64,000 bases of DNA from Yuukianura sp. NJ FZ-2021 (lineage: Eukaryota), in NCBI GenBank assembly GCA_046563655.1, contig CM102287.1:2046001-2110000 (forward strand), given 5' to 3'. The position numbers and the translations under genes were made by a program. The notes below the pieces were generated by a model. The model did not search any database and was not told the DNA's origin. It saw only the letters and a list, made by a program, of their open reading frames with translations. Below are positions 43,082 to 54,480 of this stretch, one piece after another. Position 1 is the first letter of the stretch. Each line of letters opens with the position of its first letter.

Positions 43082-45100
43082 ATGCCATCATCAATTGTTA
43101 GTGATGTGGTTCCAGTCAGTGGAAAGAAAAAGAAAACTCAAGATTACTGGAAGAAGCGACGTGAATGTGAGTTAAAATACGGTACTGCTGATAAGAGTCC
43201 GCAGGAACGTAAGGACATGTTTTTATTTGAAGTGGCTCAACGGAATTCATGGGATGAATTCCCATACAAATATCATCCTCATGTGTCGTTAGTGAAAGTT
43301 TTTCGGTTGTGGGACGCAGTGATGGAGCCTTCAAAACAACCGATTATGGATGAGAGACTGCAAGTGCCAATTCGCCTTATCGACACGGAAGCAAAGTTCA
43401 TGGTAATGTTGGGTTGCTTAAGAGCAGAACGAGTTATCAGTGTGGACATGGAGTTTAGTCATGACAAGGGATATCGTGATCGTTATGTTTGTGTACTGCA
43501 GATTTCGACCCAAGAATCGGATTACATCATTGATCCATTCGTAGTGCCAATCCAGATGCAAATGCTGAGGGAAATCTTCTCCAATGGCAACTACATCAAG
43601 ATTCTGCATGGGAGTGTTAATGACCTACTCATGTTCCAGCTCCATTATCATATCTTCTTCGTGGGTGTAATTGACACTCAAATTGTTGATACTGTCTTTG
43701 GTGGTCATCAGGGACGTGGACTGGACAAAGTGATTCGTGACTACTTGCCTGGTGTGAAAGCGAGCAAGGATTGTCAACTTGCTGACTTCAGGATCCGTCC
43801 AATTGAAAACATGCATCCAGACATGATCCAGTATGCAAGGAGTGACACACATTTGTTATTACGTGTGTTTGAAGTCATGAAGCAACGTCATGACTTCAAA
43901 AGTGAAAGTGTTAAGTGGAATGAGGTTGTCAAGTTGTGTAATAATTTGTGCTTAAAAGTGTACAAATTTAAGCAGCATCCAAGTGCCCGTGAGATTTTGG
44001 CTAAAGTGGACATGCCCACTTTAAGTGTAAGTGTGATGGAGCAAGTTGTCGGCTGGAGAGACATGGTTGCCAGGGAGATGGACGTTCAACCAAAGGAGGC
44101 CATTGCTGACGTTACTTGTGCACAATTGGTTAAGGAAGGGCCAAAAGATAAGTTAAGTGTGGAGAAAGTGATTGGCAAAAATGTTTTGTCATCTGGTCAT
44201 TTGGATATGCTAATTCCCATTTTTGTGTCTACTAAAAGTGTGGGTGGAGTCACAGAAGTTGCTGCTACAACTTCTACAGTGCAAAAAGTGACTCTGGATT
44301 TATCGGTGTTTGATTGGGATACACCAATCACTAAAGAAGATGTACAAAGAATGGAACAGGAAGTTGCTCAATCAACTTCCAAAAGTGCTAATGTTCCTGC
44401 TACAGTGCAAAAAGTGACTTTAGATTTGTCGGCTTTCGACTGGGATACGCCAGTCACAAGAGAAGATATTGCCAGGATGGAGGCGGAAGTCGCACAAACG
44501 ACTTCCCAAAATGTAAATATTAGTGCTCCAGTGCCTGTTGACATTGATGGTTTATCGGATGTTTCCGATCTGTCAGACGTTTCTGACGAACCATTAGCGG
44601 ACCAAGTTGCTGATTCGGAAGTGGAAGTGGAGTGCAACGTCCAGGAATTTAGTGACAGCGATGACGGTGAGATGCTGATCGTCACCGTTTCTGAAGATGA
44701 TTTGCGTGAGGTGGTAGGATTACCACACGAAGAAAATCCGAATGTGGTTTACGAACCACAAGTACCAGAGGAAGATCCCCAGGAAGTGATCGATGCGATG
44801 GAGGAGGAGCCCCGGGAAGTAGTAGCTGCAGCCGAACGAAGAGATCGGCGAGATCGGCGAAATTGTCCCCACTGTGGCAGCGAGCGGCATACCGATGTCC
44901 TGTTTTGCCGATTTCGTGATCTGCCAGAAGCAGAGGCCAGAAGACGTCATCGACGCCGGCGTCTCAATATGAATCGACGCCGTAATCTTCGTGTTCGTGC
45001 TGAGGAGGAGCGGTTGCGACGAGAAGCGGAACGTGCAGCCCGAGAAGCAGCGGATGTTGGAGATCGTGTCCCGAGGAATGCCCCGGAACCCGCTCTTTAG
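43082..45100 (+). CDS. Rrp6/EXOSC10-like DEDDy 3'-5' exonuclease plus HRDC with long acidic/basic tail, 672 aa
   Basis: ExoI ISVDME (D 43445, E 43451), CVLQIST..DYIID, ExoII KILHGSVND (D 43622), QLADFRIRP, ExoIII YARSDTHLL (Y 43832, D 43844), HRDC-like WRDMVAREMD. Intronless; the stop abuts the PPT. Confidence 0.92.
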   Translation: MPSSIVSDVVPVSGKKKKTQDYWKKRRECELKYGTADKSPQERKDMFLFEVAQRNSWDEFPYKYHPHVSLVKVFRLWDAVMEPSKQPIMDERLQVPIRLIDTEAKFMVMLGCLRAERVISVDMEFSHDKGYRDRYVCVLQISTQESDYIIDPFVVPIQMQMLREIFSNGNYIKILHGSVNDLLMFQLHYHIFFVGVIDTQIVDTVFGGHQGRGLDKVIRDYLPGVKASKDCQLADFRIRPIENMHPDMIQYARSDTHLLLRVFEVMKQRHDFKSESVKWNEVVKLCNNLCLKVYKFKQHPSAREILAKVDMPTLSVSVMEQVVGWRDMVAREMDVQPKEAIADVTCAQLVKEGPKDKLSVEKVIGKNVLSSGHLDMLIPIFVSTKSVGGVTEVAATTSTVQKVTLDLSVFDWDTPITKEDVQRMEQEVAQSTSKSANVPATVQKVTLDLSAFDWDTPVTREDIARMEAEVAQTTSQNVNISAPVPVDIDGLSDVSDLSDVSDEPLADQVADSEVEVECNVQEFSDSDDGEMLIVTVSEDDLREVVGLPHEENPNVVYEPQVPEEDPQEVIDAMEEEPREVVAAAERRDRRDRRNCPHCGSERHTDVLFCRFRDLPEAEARRRHRRRRLNMNRRRNLRVRAEEERLRREAERAAREAADVGDRVPRNAPEPAL

Positions 45101-46305
45101 AAGGAGGAAGGTGAAGTGCCCCGGTTTTCCCCCTTTAGGTTAGGGTCGTTTGCCCCTTGAGGTTAGGGTGTGGCCTTAGGTTAGTGTAGTTAGGCTAGTG
45201 GTTAGTCTTAGCGTTAGTGAGATTGGTTTAGCGTTTTAGCGCGAGTTTTGAGTAGAGTTAGCGTGGTAGAGAGGAGAGAGACTGGTTGTGCCAGTCAGTC
45301 GGTTTTTGGTGTTTGTCTCAGCATGAGCTGATGATCTTGTATTTATTGTACAAATAAATATATTTTATATTTATTTGTCTTCGTGTCTTTTGTGTTGTTC
45401 TTTGGTGTCCCTTATGGTCCTCAGTTTCGTTGCATGAGTCCGGCAGTGCTCGGATCGTAGTCTGGAGGCCATTTTTGGCAGTTTACGTAGCACGAGGTGC
45501 TACATTTGCTCCGCACCCCAGGGAGCGCGGGGGTGTGTTCCCCGGGGGAGAGGGGGTGGGTGCCCCGGGGGAGAGGGGGTGGGTGCCCCGGGGGAGAGGA
45601 GGTGGGTGTCCCGGGGGAGGGGATTGGTAATTATAAGATACATGTTAATTAATATAAGATTATAAGATTAATTGAATAGACAGCCGCACTCCAGATTTCT
45701 TGCGTGTGGCGCAATAGACAGCCACACTCCAGATTTCTTGCGTGTGGCGCAATAGACAGCCACACTCCAGATTTCTTGCGTGTGGCGCAAATATGAGCCA
45801 CAGTCAAGATTTTTTGCGTGTGGCGCAAATATGAGCCACAGTCAAGCCACGTGACAGGTGACACCCGGCAAGTGACATGACAGGTGACACCCGGTGGACA
45901 CAGTGCATGAGTGTGTAAAGTGTTATGTCAACTGCGTAATAGATTTTTTGCTAAGCAGAGAAGCAACTCCCATGCCAATTGCCTTTCCAGTCCCTCAAGC
46001 AGAGTTTTGTTTACCCACACTTGCATTACAAATGACCTTTGAAATCGATTTTGACCCGGAAGCAGGTGACCTAGGGTCACACATTACACACAAAAGTTGT
46101 TCCCCTCGATGAGATGAACAACTTTTGTAGAGGTCATTTTCCATGTTACCTGGGATGAAACCGGTTGACCTTGACCTTTGACCCGGAAGGAGTTGACACA
46201 CGGGGGTCATATTCAATAGTGACCTAGTGCGGGTCATGACATGGTCACTGGTGAAAACCGGAATCAAATCGGACCAGTAGTTTCCGAGATAATTAGTCTG
46301 GACAG

Positions 46306-46336
<31 letters not shown>

Positions 46337-48219
46337 AACCACTTTTATCATAATAGCTTCGCTTTTATAATAAACAAAATTCCGAGTTAAACAAGCTTGA
46401 CCGGATGGATACATTTATCCCCACCACAACCAAAAGCAGTACGTCCACCTAGCGGCAATACAGTAACCTCTGAATTCAAGCTGGCAACGTTTTTTCCTTT
46501 TTGATTTGGTAAATCCTGTTATATTTTAGGTTAGCGTTAGGTTTGGTAAAGCACGCAGTACTGATTACGTCTGTAGGTTTGACTTATTGAGTTTCGCTGT
46601 GTTGATTAAATCTGCCCTGGGTGGGTACAATGGAGCAATGGTACAACGTTGCCAGCTCGAATTTGCTAGTCCCACTTCAGCCGCTAGGGGGACTCGGTGT
46701 ACGTCTGGTGGGTACAGATTTGTCCCCACCAAGTGGGGACAAATGTATCCATCCGGTTAGGGATGTTCACGTTCAGTTTCGTTTCGTTTCCACGAGGATA
46801 CGGAAACGGAAACGAAACGGGACGTCAGGAAACGAAACGTCGTCTCCCCCTGGAAACGGAAACGGATACGGAAACGAAACGCCAGGAAACGGAAACGGAT
46901 ACGGAAACGGCTAATTTTTTTCTGCATGTCAAAAAATAAGCTAAAATTAGGTGGGCTAAATGTAAAACTCTATTGTACAATGGCACTTTCCACTATTACA
47001 TCAGTGAAGTTGTCAAAAACTGACCCAAAATCGGTTCCATCCAGCTTTATATGGTAATGAAGTGCGTTATTGCGGCAGGTATAACATTCACTGTCGCTTA
47101 TCTCAAAGCAAATCTGATCAGAAAGGTCAGATGTGTGACTATGTTTTATTTTTGAGCGCAAATCAATCTTGTGTCTGTGAATTTTTAGCTTTGAAAATTT
47201 AAATTACCCTCCAAAAAGAAAATAACCGTTTCCGTTTCGTTTCCAAGAAGGAAACGGAAACGGAAACGAAACGGTGTGAGGGATGACAGACGAGGATATA
47301 CCGATCCTCGCCTGCCCTCAAATAAATGAACAACCGATGACAACGATTCGTGTGCTACGATTTATTTATAAATCGTAGCCGTAATCTCTAAATGTACATG
47401 AGCCCGATCTAAACAAAACAATGGGCCTTAAGGGCCTAAACCGAAGGTACTGGGGAGAAGGAGCGGGACAAGCCACTACCTGGCTATGACCACTACCTGG
47501 TCATGGCCACTCCTGGCCAAGGGCCACTAACTGGCCCGAAGGATGCGTAGAGTGTCCATTGACCTTACGTGACCCAACTGACCGTGACGAAGGCGGTGGT
47601 GACAAGGCGGCGTGGCGGAGAGGAGTTGCTGCTGCTGCATCCAGAGCCAGAATTGAAGTGAGTGGCTGATGCAACTTCTGCTGCTGCTCCTCCAATTTGA
47701 ATTGTGGGAAGCGGGAAGCGGAGAAACACTTATGGGCAATGCCCTAACTTAATATTTTTAACTATTTTAACTTTTTAACTATTTTATACTTTTAATTAAC
47801 TAACATTTGAGGATCATATCCTCACATCACCCCCTCCCCGCTTTGTAGCTTTGCTACAAAGAGAGGAAGACAAGAAAAACAAAGAAATTTTGAAATGGAA
47901 ACAAATGAATCAGAAAACAAAACTTATGCTAATATGTACACGCTAATTAATTGGAAAAATTTTGGCAATTGTCAAAAAATGAATTTGGCTTAAAATTACT
48001 GTGCTGAAGGCACTTAATACGGGACTCTAGTCCCAACTAAATCTACCACTAGACTAACTGAGCACAAAAATCGTTGCTATCGTTTGCTTGCTGCGTAACT
48101 TGGTTACTCTGCTTGGGGTGACATTGAAAAAGGCTCCTGCGGACGGAGCTGTAAAGTTAGCGTTTGAACAAAGACAATTTTGGAAAAGCGAAGTCTTTCT
48201 AAAACCAACAAAAGAAAAA

Positions 48220-51200
48220 TTAGTTGCCTGTCACACGACTGCGCAAGTTGTAACTACTTTGGACTGGAACCGGCTTAGTTTTTACTGCTTTTACGTACGT
48301 CAAAGGGTCAGGAATAGGTTCGGAAGGGCGGGAAAAATACCTTTTCAAATTGACTATGTTATGGCGACCTGCGTTTTCCTCAGCATCAAACAACTTTAGG
48401 CCATAAACTAAGGGCGTAACCTTTTCTGAAATGACGTAAGGGCCTTCCCACTTGAACGAAAACTTTTTCATAATGCCCTTAGCTTTGTCAGACTGTGGAT
48501 GCGTGCGCAGGAGAACTAAATCGCCAATTTCAAATGCGTCTGAGCGACGTTTCGCGTTGTAGTATTTGGCTTGAGACGCTTGTGCTTTTTCTAAGTGTTC
48601 CCTGGCTAAACGATAGACTTTTGAAAGACGCTCGATTAATTTTAGCTGGTACTCTGTCCATTCTGCAAATTCATCGCTCTGGGAGTCATCTAAAACCAAA
48701 TCAAAAGGAGTCGAGAGCTCGCTTCCAAAGTTTAACATGGAGGGACTGAAACCGGTCGAATCGCTGATCGCCGTACGCAAAGCCATTGCGACTTCTGGCA
48801 GATTTTCATCCCATTTTGAATGTTTGCGAGCGACGTAGGCGCGAAGAATGGCTATCACGTTCCGGTTGACACGCTCCGTAATGTTCGCCTGTGGATGATA
48901 AGTAGAAATGAACTTTAGTTTAACTTGCCAAGTTCTACAAAGTTTCTTAAATAATTCCGAAGTGAATTGAGAACCATTGTCACTTAATAACGCTCTAGGT
49001 CTACCGAAACGACAAAATACTTCCTGTTCGACTTTTTGGACAATCTGAGGAGCTGTAGCCTCCCTGAGAGGAAAAATTTCAACCCATTTGGTAAAATGGT
49101 CTGTAACGACTAACAAAAAGGTATTTTGACGCTGCGTCTTTGTAAGGGGGCCTATCAGATCAAGTGCCAACATATCCCAAGGACCTCTAGTCTGAACGCT
49201 CTGTAACTCACCTACTGGTTTCGTAGTGGGATTTTTAGTCTTTTGACAAATGTCGCAGGACGTAACGAACTTGTAAATGTCCTCGTGCATACCAAACCAG
49301 AAGACTCGTCGCAACAAACGATAAAGGGTTTTTCGAAAGCCCATGTGACCTGACTCTGGACGATCATGAAAATAACTCAAAACTTGAGAACGTAAAGAAG
49401 ATGGAATAAAGGGAAGCTTTCCGGAATATTTCCCTAGTCGGTAAAGAATTCCGTCGTCGACTACGAAATCCTTTCCTGTGTCCGTGAGCAACGCTTGGAC
49501 TTCTAAATCTTTACTTTGCTCTTCTTTGAGCTGTTCGAATGAAATTTCGCGCGTCAGTGAAAGAAAAATGGCGGGGGAAGAACGATTAAGTGGAAAATTT
49601 AACTTTTCACGGTGATCTTCAGCATCCTCACTTTCTCCTACTGGGGCTCTTGAAAGGGCATCAGCTACAACGTTAAGTTTCCCTGGACAATGAGTAATAA
49701 TGGGCTGGAAATCCTGAATTCTAAGGGCCCAACGGGTAAACTTACTGTTGACATCTTTCATCTTGTCTAACCAAACGAGAGCTCTGTTGTCTGTCTCGAG
49801 GCGAAATCTCTGACCGTCAATGTAATGTTCAAACTTCTTAAGGGCGAACAAAATACCTACACACTCGATTTCACTGGAACCGTAGTTCTTTTCTGCGTTA
49901 TTTAGAGAGCGACTGGCAAAAGCAATTGGTCTCTCAAAACCATTAATTTCCTGGGCAAGGACTGCAGATACACCAACCTTGGACGCGTCCGTCCGGATGA
50001 TGAACTCTTTAGAAAAATCGGGAAAAGCCAAAACTAACTTATCGGAACAAATCGCTGCTCTGAGCTTTAAAAATGCAGACTCCTGAGCGTCTGACCAATC
50101 AAAGGGGACATCCTTATGTAACAAACGATTGAGGGGCTCGCTAACCTCAGAAAACTTGTCGACAAACTGTCGATACCAGGAGCAAAGTCCTAAAAACTGA
50201 CGAACTTGTTTAGGCGTCGTTGGCCTGGGGAACTCAGAAACTGCCGAAACTTTCTCCGGATCACGCTCAATTCCGTTTGGAGAAATGATATAGCCTAAGT
50301 ACTTTAATGTAGTTTTGCCAAACTCATATTTATCCTTATTTACAGTAAGACCTGCAGATTGTAAACGTTCGAAAACGTACTTTAAGTGCTCTAAGTGCTC
50401 TGTCCAAGAGTTTGAGTATACAATGATATCGTCAATGTATCCATCAGCAAAGCGACCTCTCGCTGTGCCCAGAACTTTATTTACAAGCCTTTGAAAAAGA
50501 GAAGGGGCAGATTTTAGCCCAAAGGGCATTCGAGTGAATTGAAATTTCCCTTCATGACAAATAAAAGCAGTATATTTGGCACTATTTTCATCTAAAGCTA
50601 CTTGCCAATAGCCTTTCTTAAGATCTATGACGGAAAGAAACTTAGCTTGTCCTAAGTTGTGGAAAAGATAATCTAACCTAGGAATTGGGAATGGATCATG
50701 AGGGAGCCGCGCGTTGACTTTTCTCAAGTCCAGGGTAAATCTCCAAGACTCACCTTTGTCTTTTGTATGCATATATACAGGGAAGCCCATTCAGATTCGG
50801 AGGGAACAATGACTCCTAACTTGAGCATTTCAGAAATGTTATCAGCAATCAATTGTCTTTTAAAGGGACTAACGGGGTAGGGCTTAGAAGCAATTGGGGG
50901 TCCAGGAGACGGTGTCAACTCACACTTAACCCAATCAGTCAGGCCTAACTGCGAAGAGAAAAGTGAGGGAAAACTATCGGTCAAGGTCTTGAGGTCTCGA
51001 GATTGAGCATCGCTGAGTCCCAAAAGTGCACACAGGTACTCGCGATTGTAGAAATCGTATTCCAAACGACCTTTAGTTTTTGTCCCGTTAATGGAAAATG
51101 TACCGTCATGAAAGTCAGGAACCAAGTGATAGTTCCGAATGAAGTCAAGTCCGAGAATTAATGGAAATGGGGGAGACTGGAGTACGTGTACTCTCTGAAC

Positions 51201-51457
51201 ATACTCGTCCGTATAGATTTTGAACTTTAAATTGGCTGAACCTAAAGTACTGATCGTACTAGAATCTCCAATCGTTAATGTTAGTTTACAGTCTGGGGTA
51301 AATTGTAATCCCAGTTGCTTAGCTAAAGAAAGAGAAATGTGGGAGTAGGTAGAAAGGGAGTCTAGATGAGCTGAACAAACCAAATTTCGAATTTTAACTC
51401 TAATTGTGGGAGCTGCTTTCGAGAAATCTAAATTCGGAAGGATAGGGGGCTCCCGTC
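48220..51457 (-). pseudogene. pol: pol, family 3, one frameshift at ~50785
   Basis: Protease-like HLDSLS, RT YIDD, RTDAS, HDRPESGHMG...CDIC, LDLIGP, SDNGSQF and GPY. The PR and RT ORFs overlap out of frame at SESEWAS. Confidence 0.93.
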
Positions 51458-52519
51458 CTACCTTCCGTACAAGTTTGGAGGATCCGGAACGAACTGGTTA
51501 GCCCTCTCGGCCCTGTCGAGATTCTGAGGTAACTTTGGTGTCATAGGCACAAAGGAAGGGACTTCAGCTACTGAATCTGGAGTGTACTGCTGAAGGTTAG
51601 TCTCTACCGAACGTTGCTGGGCACTACTCTGCTTACTCTCATTCCCTGGAAGTGGACGACTGTTACTGGCAATGCTGGACTGAACTGAATCTGAGCTAGC
51701 TAGAGGGCGCTGTACATTGGAACTAGAAGGAGCTGAATCGTTAGAAGCCCTAGGCTGATATCGTGCAGATGCTTTCTCTCTAAGCCTTTGATTGTGTTCA
51801 GAAAAATCATCCGATGCTTTAGCACGGAGTAATGGCTTGTTCTCGAAGCGTCTAGTCCTATTCAAATCACCTATGATTGCTTTACCATGAGAAATAAGCT
51901 CCGCTATCCCTGTAGCTGGGGAAGATCTAAGCAAAAGAGAGATTTCTGGGATACAGGAATTAAGAATTCGGTCTCTAATTGTCTTTGCGGGTGTCTGAGG
52001 ATCAATACGTTTGTAGGAATTTGAAATATCCCATGCGAAAGTTTCAAATGGTTCAGAAAAGAATTGTTTTCGAGAAAATAATTCAGAAAGAAGTTTGTCT
52101 TTTGACTGATCAACACCCTCATAGTTTTGAAAAACCACTTTAAAATCATTCCAATTACTGATACTATCCTTTGTATCCAACCACCATCGGAAAATGTCGG
52201 AATCTTTGTGGAACATTCGACTAATCAAAACCAATTTTCCTTCTTCAGATAAATTTTTCAGAGCAAAATAATCTTCAGCGTCTTTAAAGAAAGAGGAAAT
52301 AGGCATACGATGTGAATATTTGGGAATTGGAATCACTGCTGCGTGTTCGACTAATAAAACTTGGGGCGCGCTAGGTGGGGTGATAGCTAGTACGGGCGCG
52401 GCGACTTCGGGCGCGGCGGTTAGCTGTTGTGTTTGCAAGGCGGCTAATTGTGCTTGTAATGTTTGTAATTGTTGACGTAGGTCAGCAATTACAACGTCTT
52501 TGGAATCGGTGGGGTCCAT
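51458..52519 (-). CDS. gag: gag-like ORF, family 3 (no zinc knuckle seen)
   Basis: Lies between the PBS and pol. N-terminal coiled coil and capsid-like WNDFKVVF...RKQFFSEPFETFA. Confidence 0.8.
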   Translation of the reverse strand: MDPTDSKDVVIADLRQQLQTLQAQLAALQTQQLTAAPEVAAPVLAITPPSAPQVLLVEHAAVIPIPKYSHRMPISSFFKDAEDYFALKNLSEEGKLVLISRMFHKDSDIFRWWLDTKDSISNWNDFKVVFQNYEGVDQSKDKLLSELFSRKQFFSEPFETFAWDISNSYKRIDPQTPAKTIRDRILNSCIPEISLLLRSSPATGIAELISHGKAIIGDLNRTRRFENKPLLRAKASDDFSEHNQRLREKASARYQPRASNDSAPSSSNVQRPLASSDSVQSSIASNSRPLPGNESKQSSAQQRSVETNLQQYTPDSVAEVPSFVPMTPKLPQNLDRAERANQFVPDPPNLYGR

Positions 52520-54192
52520 AATTGAGACTGAATCCGAAAATCTGATTTGGTTGAGTCGAGTGAGAATCTGAGTAAGAAACAACGAAAACTAGAATTAATT
52601 TTATACGATTTAGTTTAATTTACGCGGCATTGTTTTGAAAAGTTGCGAATTTGAACTTTAAAAAGAATTTGCAATGTGAAAATCCGAACTGTTAATTTGG
52701 GGTGCGGTACCGCGCTCGACTTGAAAAATGTTAAGCAGAGCGGTGCAGTCAGCACTGCTGTGCAAAAACCGTACCGTATCCGGGTTATGCCTATAGCTTA
52801 TGGAAAGCCATGCTTCCCACCGAAACCATGACCGAAAACTACCGAATTCGTCGGTATTATGCCGTTAATCGGTGATTAATCCTTGATTAATCATCGATTA
52901 GCACAATGGGAGAGCTAAAGGGGCGGTCAAACTCTGCTTTCGGCACCAGATATGAGGGATGACAGACGAGGATATACCGATCCTCGCCTGCCCTCAAATA
53001 AATGAACAACCGATGACAACGATTCGTGTGCTACGATTTATTTATAAATCGTAGCCGTAACCTCTAAATGTACATGAGCCCGATCTAAACAAAACAATGG
53101 GCCTTAAGGGCCTAAACCGAAGGTACTGGGGAGAAGGAGCGGGACAAGCCACTACCTGGCTATGACCACTACCTGGTCATGGCCACTCCTGGCCAAGGGC
53201 CACTAACTGGCCCGAAGGATGCGTAGAGTGTCCATTGACCTTACGTGACCCAACTGACCGTGACGAAGGCGGTGGTGACAAGGCGGCGTGGCGGAGAGGA
53301 GTTGCTGCTGCTGCATCCAGAGCCAGAATTGAAGTGAGTGGCTGATGCAACTTCTGCTGCTGCTCCTCCAATTTGAATTGTGGGAAGCGGGAAGCGGAGA
53401 AACACTTATGGGCAATGCCCTAACTTAATATTTTTAACTATTTTAACTTTTTAACTATTTTATACTTTTAATTAACTAACAATTGAGGATCATATCCTCA
53501 CAACGGAGAGGTTGGAAACGGAAACGAAACCGGTCGTTTCGTTTCCAAAATTCGAGGAAACGGAAACGGGTTTCTGGAAACGGAACCTGAACATCCCTAC
53601 ATCCGGTGGGGACACTGGGTGGGTACAATGGAAGCAACGCGAAAATTGGAACGGGTGCGGACAGTTCAGTCCCTCAAGTTTACTTCGCCCGAGAATTCGA
53701 TTCAATTTCACACTTCTGAAAACATTTCACAAGTAAGTCCAAGGATTTGTTGACACGAATCAGCTGATCGTCGCATCACACGCTCTAGCTGGCTTAACTC
53801 CACCAGATTTTCCAATTCCTCTTGACCTTCTCGGCAGTAGGTGTGAACTTCACCTTTGACCTGAAATTTTACAAAATTTCGACTTAAGTGCTTAGTTCCC
53901 TCGTCTCCTTTGCTAAAATTTGTAAATTAAGATTAAGAGAATCCCATGGTTGACGCAAAAGTAGCAACTGTCACTGTCAACATCACGCCACATGAGTTCA
54001 GCTTCAGATAAATTGTGTGGTTTTACTGGCTGGAGATTAGAAGTTACCATTTACAAGATTAAAGATAGAATAAACCGGTTGTAAACCGCGCATAACGAAA
54101 TAGCTCAAGCCAATGGATGGTTTTCCCCCAGGCGGGGAATGTGGGGGGTAGGTACTCACTCTTTTCCCCGTATTCTTCCCCGTTTCCCCTAC

Positions 54193-54480
54193 TGAGGGGT
54201 TACAGCAGCTGCAACCCACCCTCAAGTCAACCAGAAGTTCGTCTCCGTCTCCACTCGTCACAACTTCAAGTCAGTCGTCTTCCCCCTTTCCACACATCAA
54301 CATCTTTTCCGTTTGCTCATTTCATTTTCAATTCAAAACTAAAGTTAAACTTAAAGTTAATTCTAAATTAAACTTAAATCTAAATAAACGGAGTATCCAC
54401 TCCATTTCCTAGCATCACATCTCATCAGTTGTTCCTGTCTTGTTTCTTGGGCTTACCCATTAGCCCGTCAAGTGGTGGAC
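54193..54480 (+). mobile_element. Candidate 5' LTR plus PBS of a further, possibly non-autonomous, LTR element
   Basis: TGAGGGG...CCCGTCA imperfect inverted ends (54193-54470), internal AATAAA, then AG-TGGTGGA. No partner LTR in the window. Confidence 0.35.

Larger units (their letters stand above)
37422..45504 (+). mobile_element. Gypsy LTR retrotransposon, family 2 copy A, full length with three intact ORFs
   Basis: LTRs 37422-37808 and 45112-45504 (TG...CA), 4-bp TSD TTTG, PBS TGGCGACCGT at 37811-37820 (tRNA-Arg-like), PPT AGAAGGAGGAAGG at 45099-45111. Confidence 0.97.
35910..46373 (-). mobile_element. Head-to-tail array of ~1-kb non-autonomous Helentrons (DINE-1/HINE-like); third copy split by a Gypsy
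   Basis: Junctions at ~36210 and ~37219 (period ~1009). Each copy has a GCTTCGCTATTAT subTIR/hairpin and (GACA)n at one end, and a CGGTT-GTA-AACCG hairpin plus inverted subTIR at the other. Internal 21-bp (GTGACAGGTGACACCCGGCAA) and 38-bp (45675-45846) minisatellites. Confidence 0.8.
47275..53502 (-). mobile_element. Gypsy LTR retrotransposon, family 3, recent
   Basis: 552-bp LTRs at 47275-47826 and 52951-53502 with three differences seen. TSD ACGG, PBS TGGTGCCGAAA (52948-52938), PPT GGGGAGGGGGTGA. Confidence 0.97.
46758..53599. mobile_element. hAT-type MITE (~610 bp without the nested Gypsy)
   Basis: TIR TAGGGATGTTCA, 8-bp TSD CATCCGGT (46750-46757 and 53600-53607), GAAACG subterminal repeats. 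Confidence 0.93.

Noticed and set aside
43025..45100. Host Rrp6/EXOSC10 gene
   Set aside because: Intronless, no recognisable N-terminal PMC2NT region, lies between pol and the PPT inside an LTR pair, and is duplicated with the element.
45675..45846. 38-bp direct repeats of CRISPR-like length
   Set aside because: Directly abutting with no spacers; a minisatellite inside a HINE copy.
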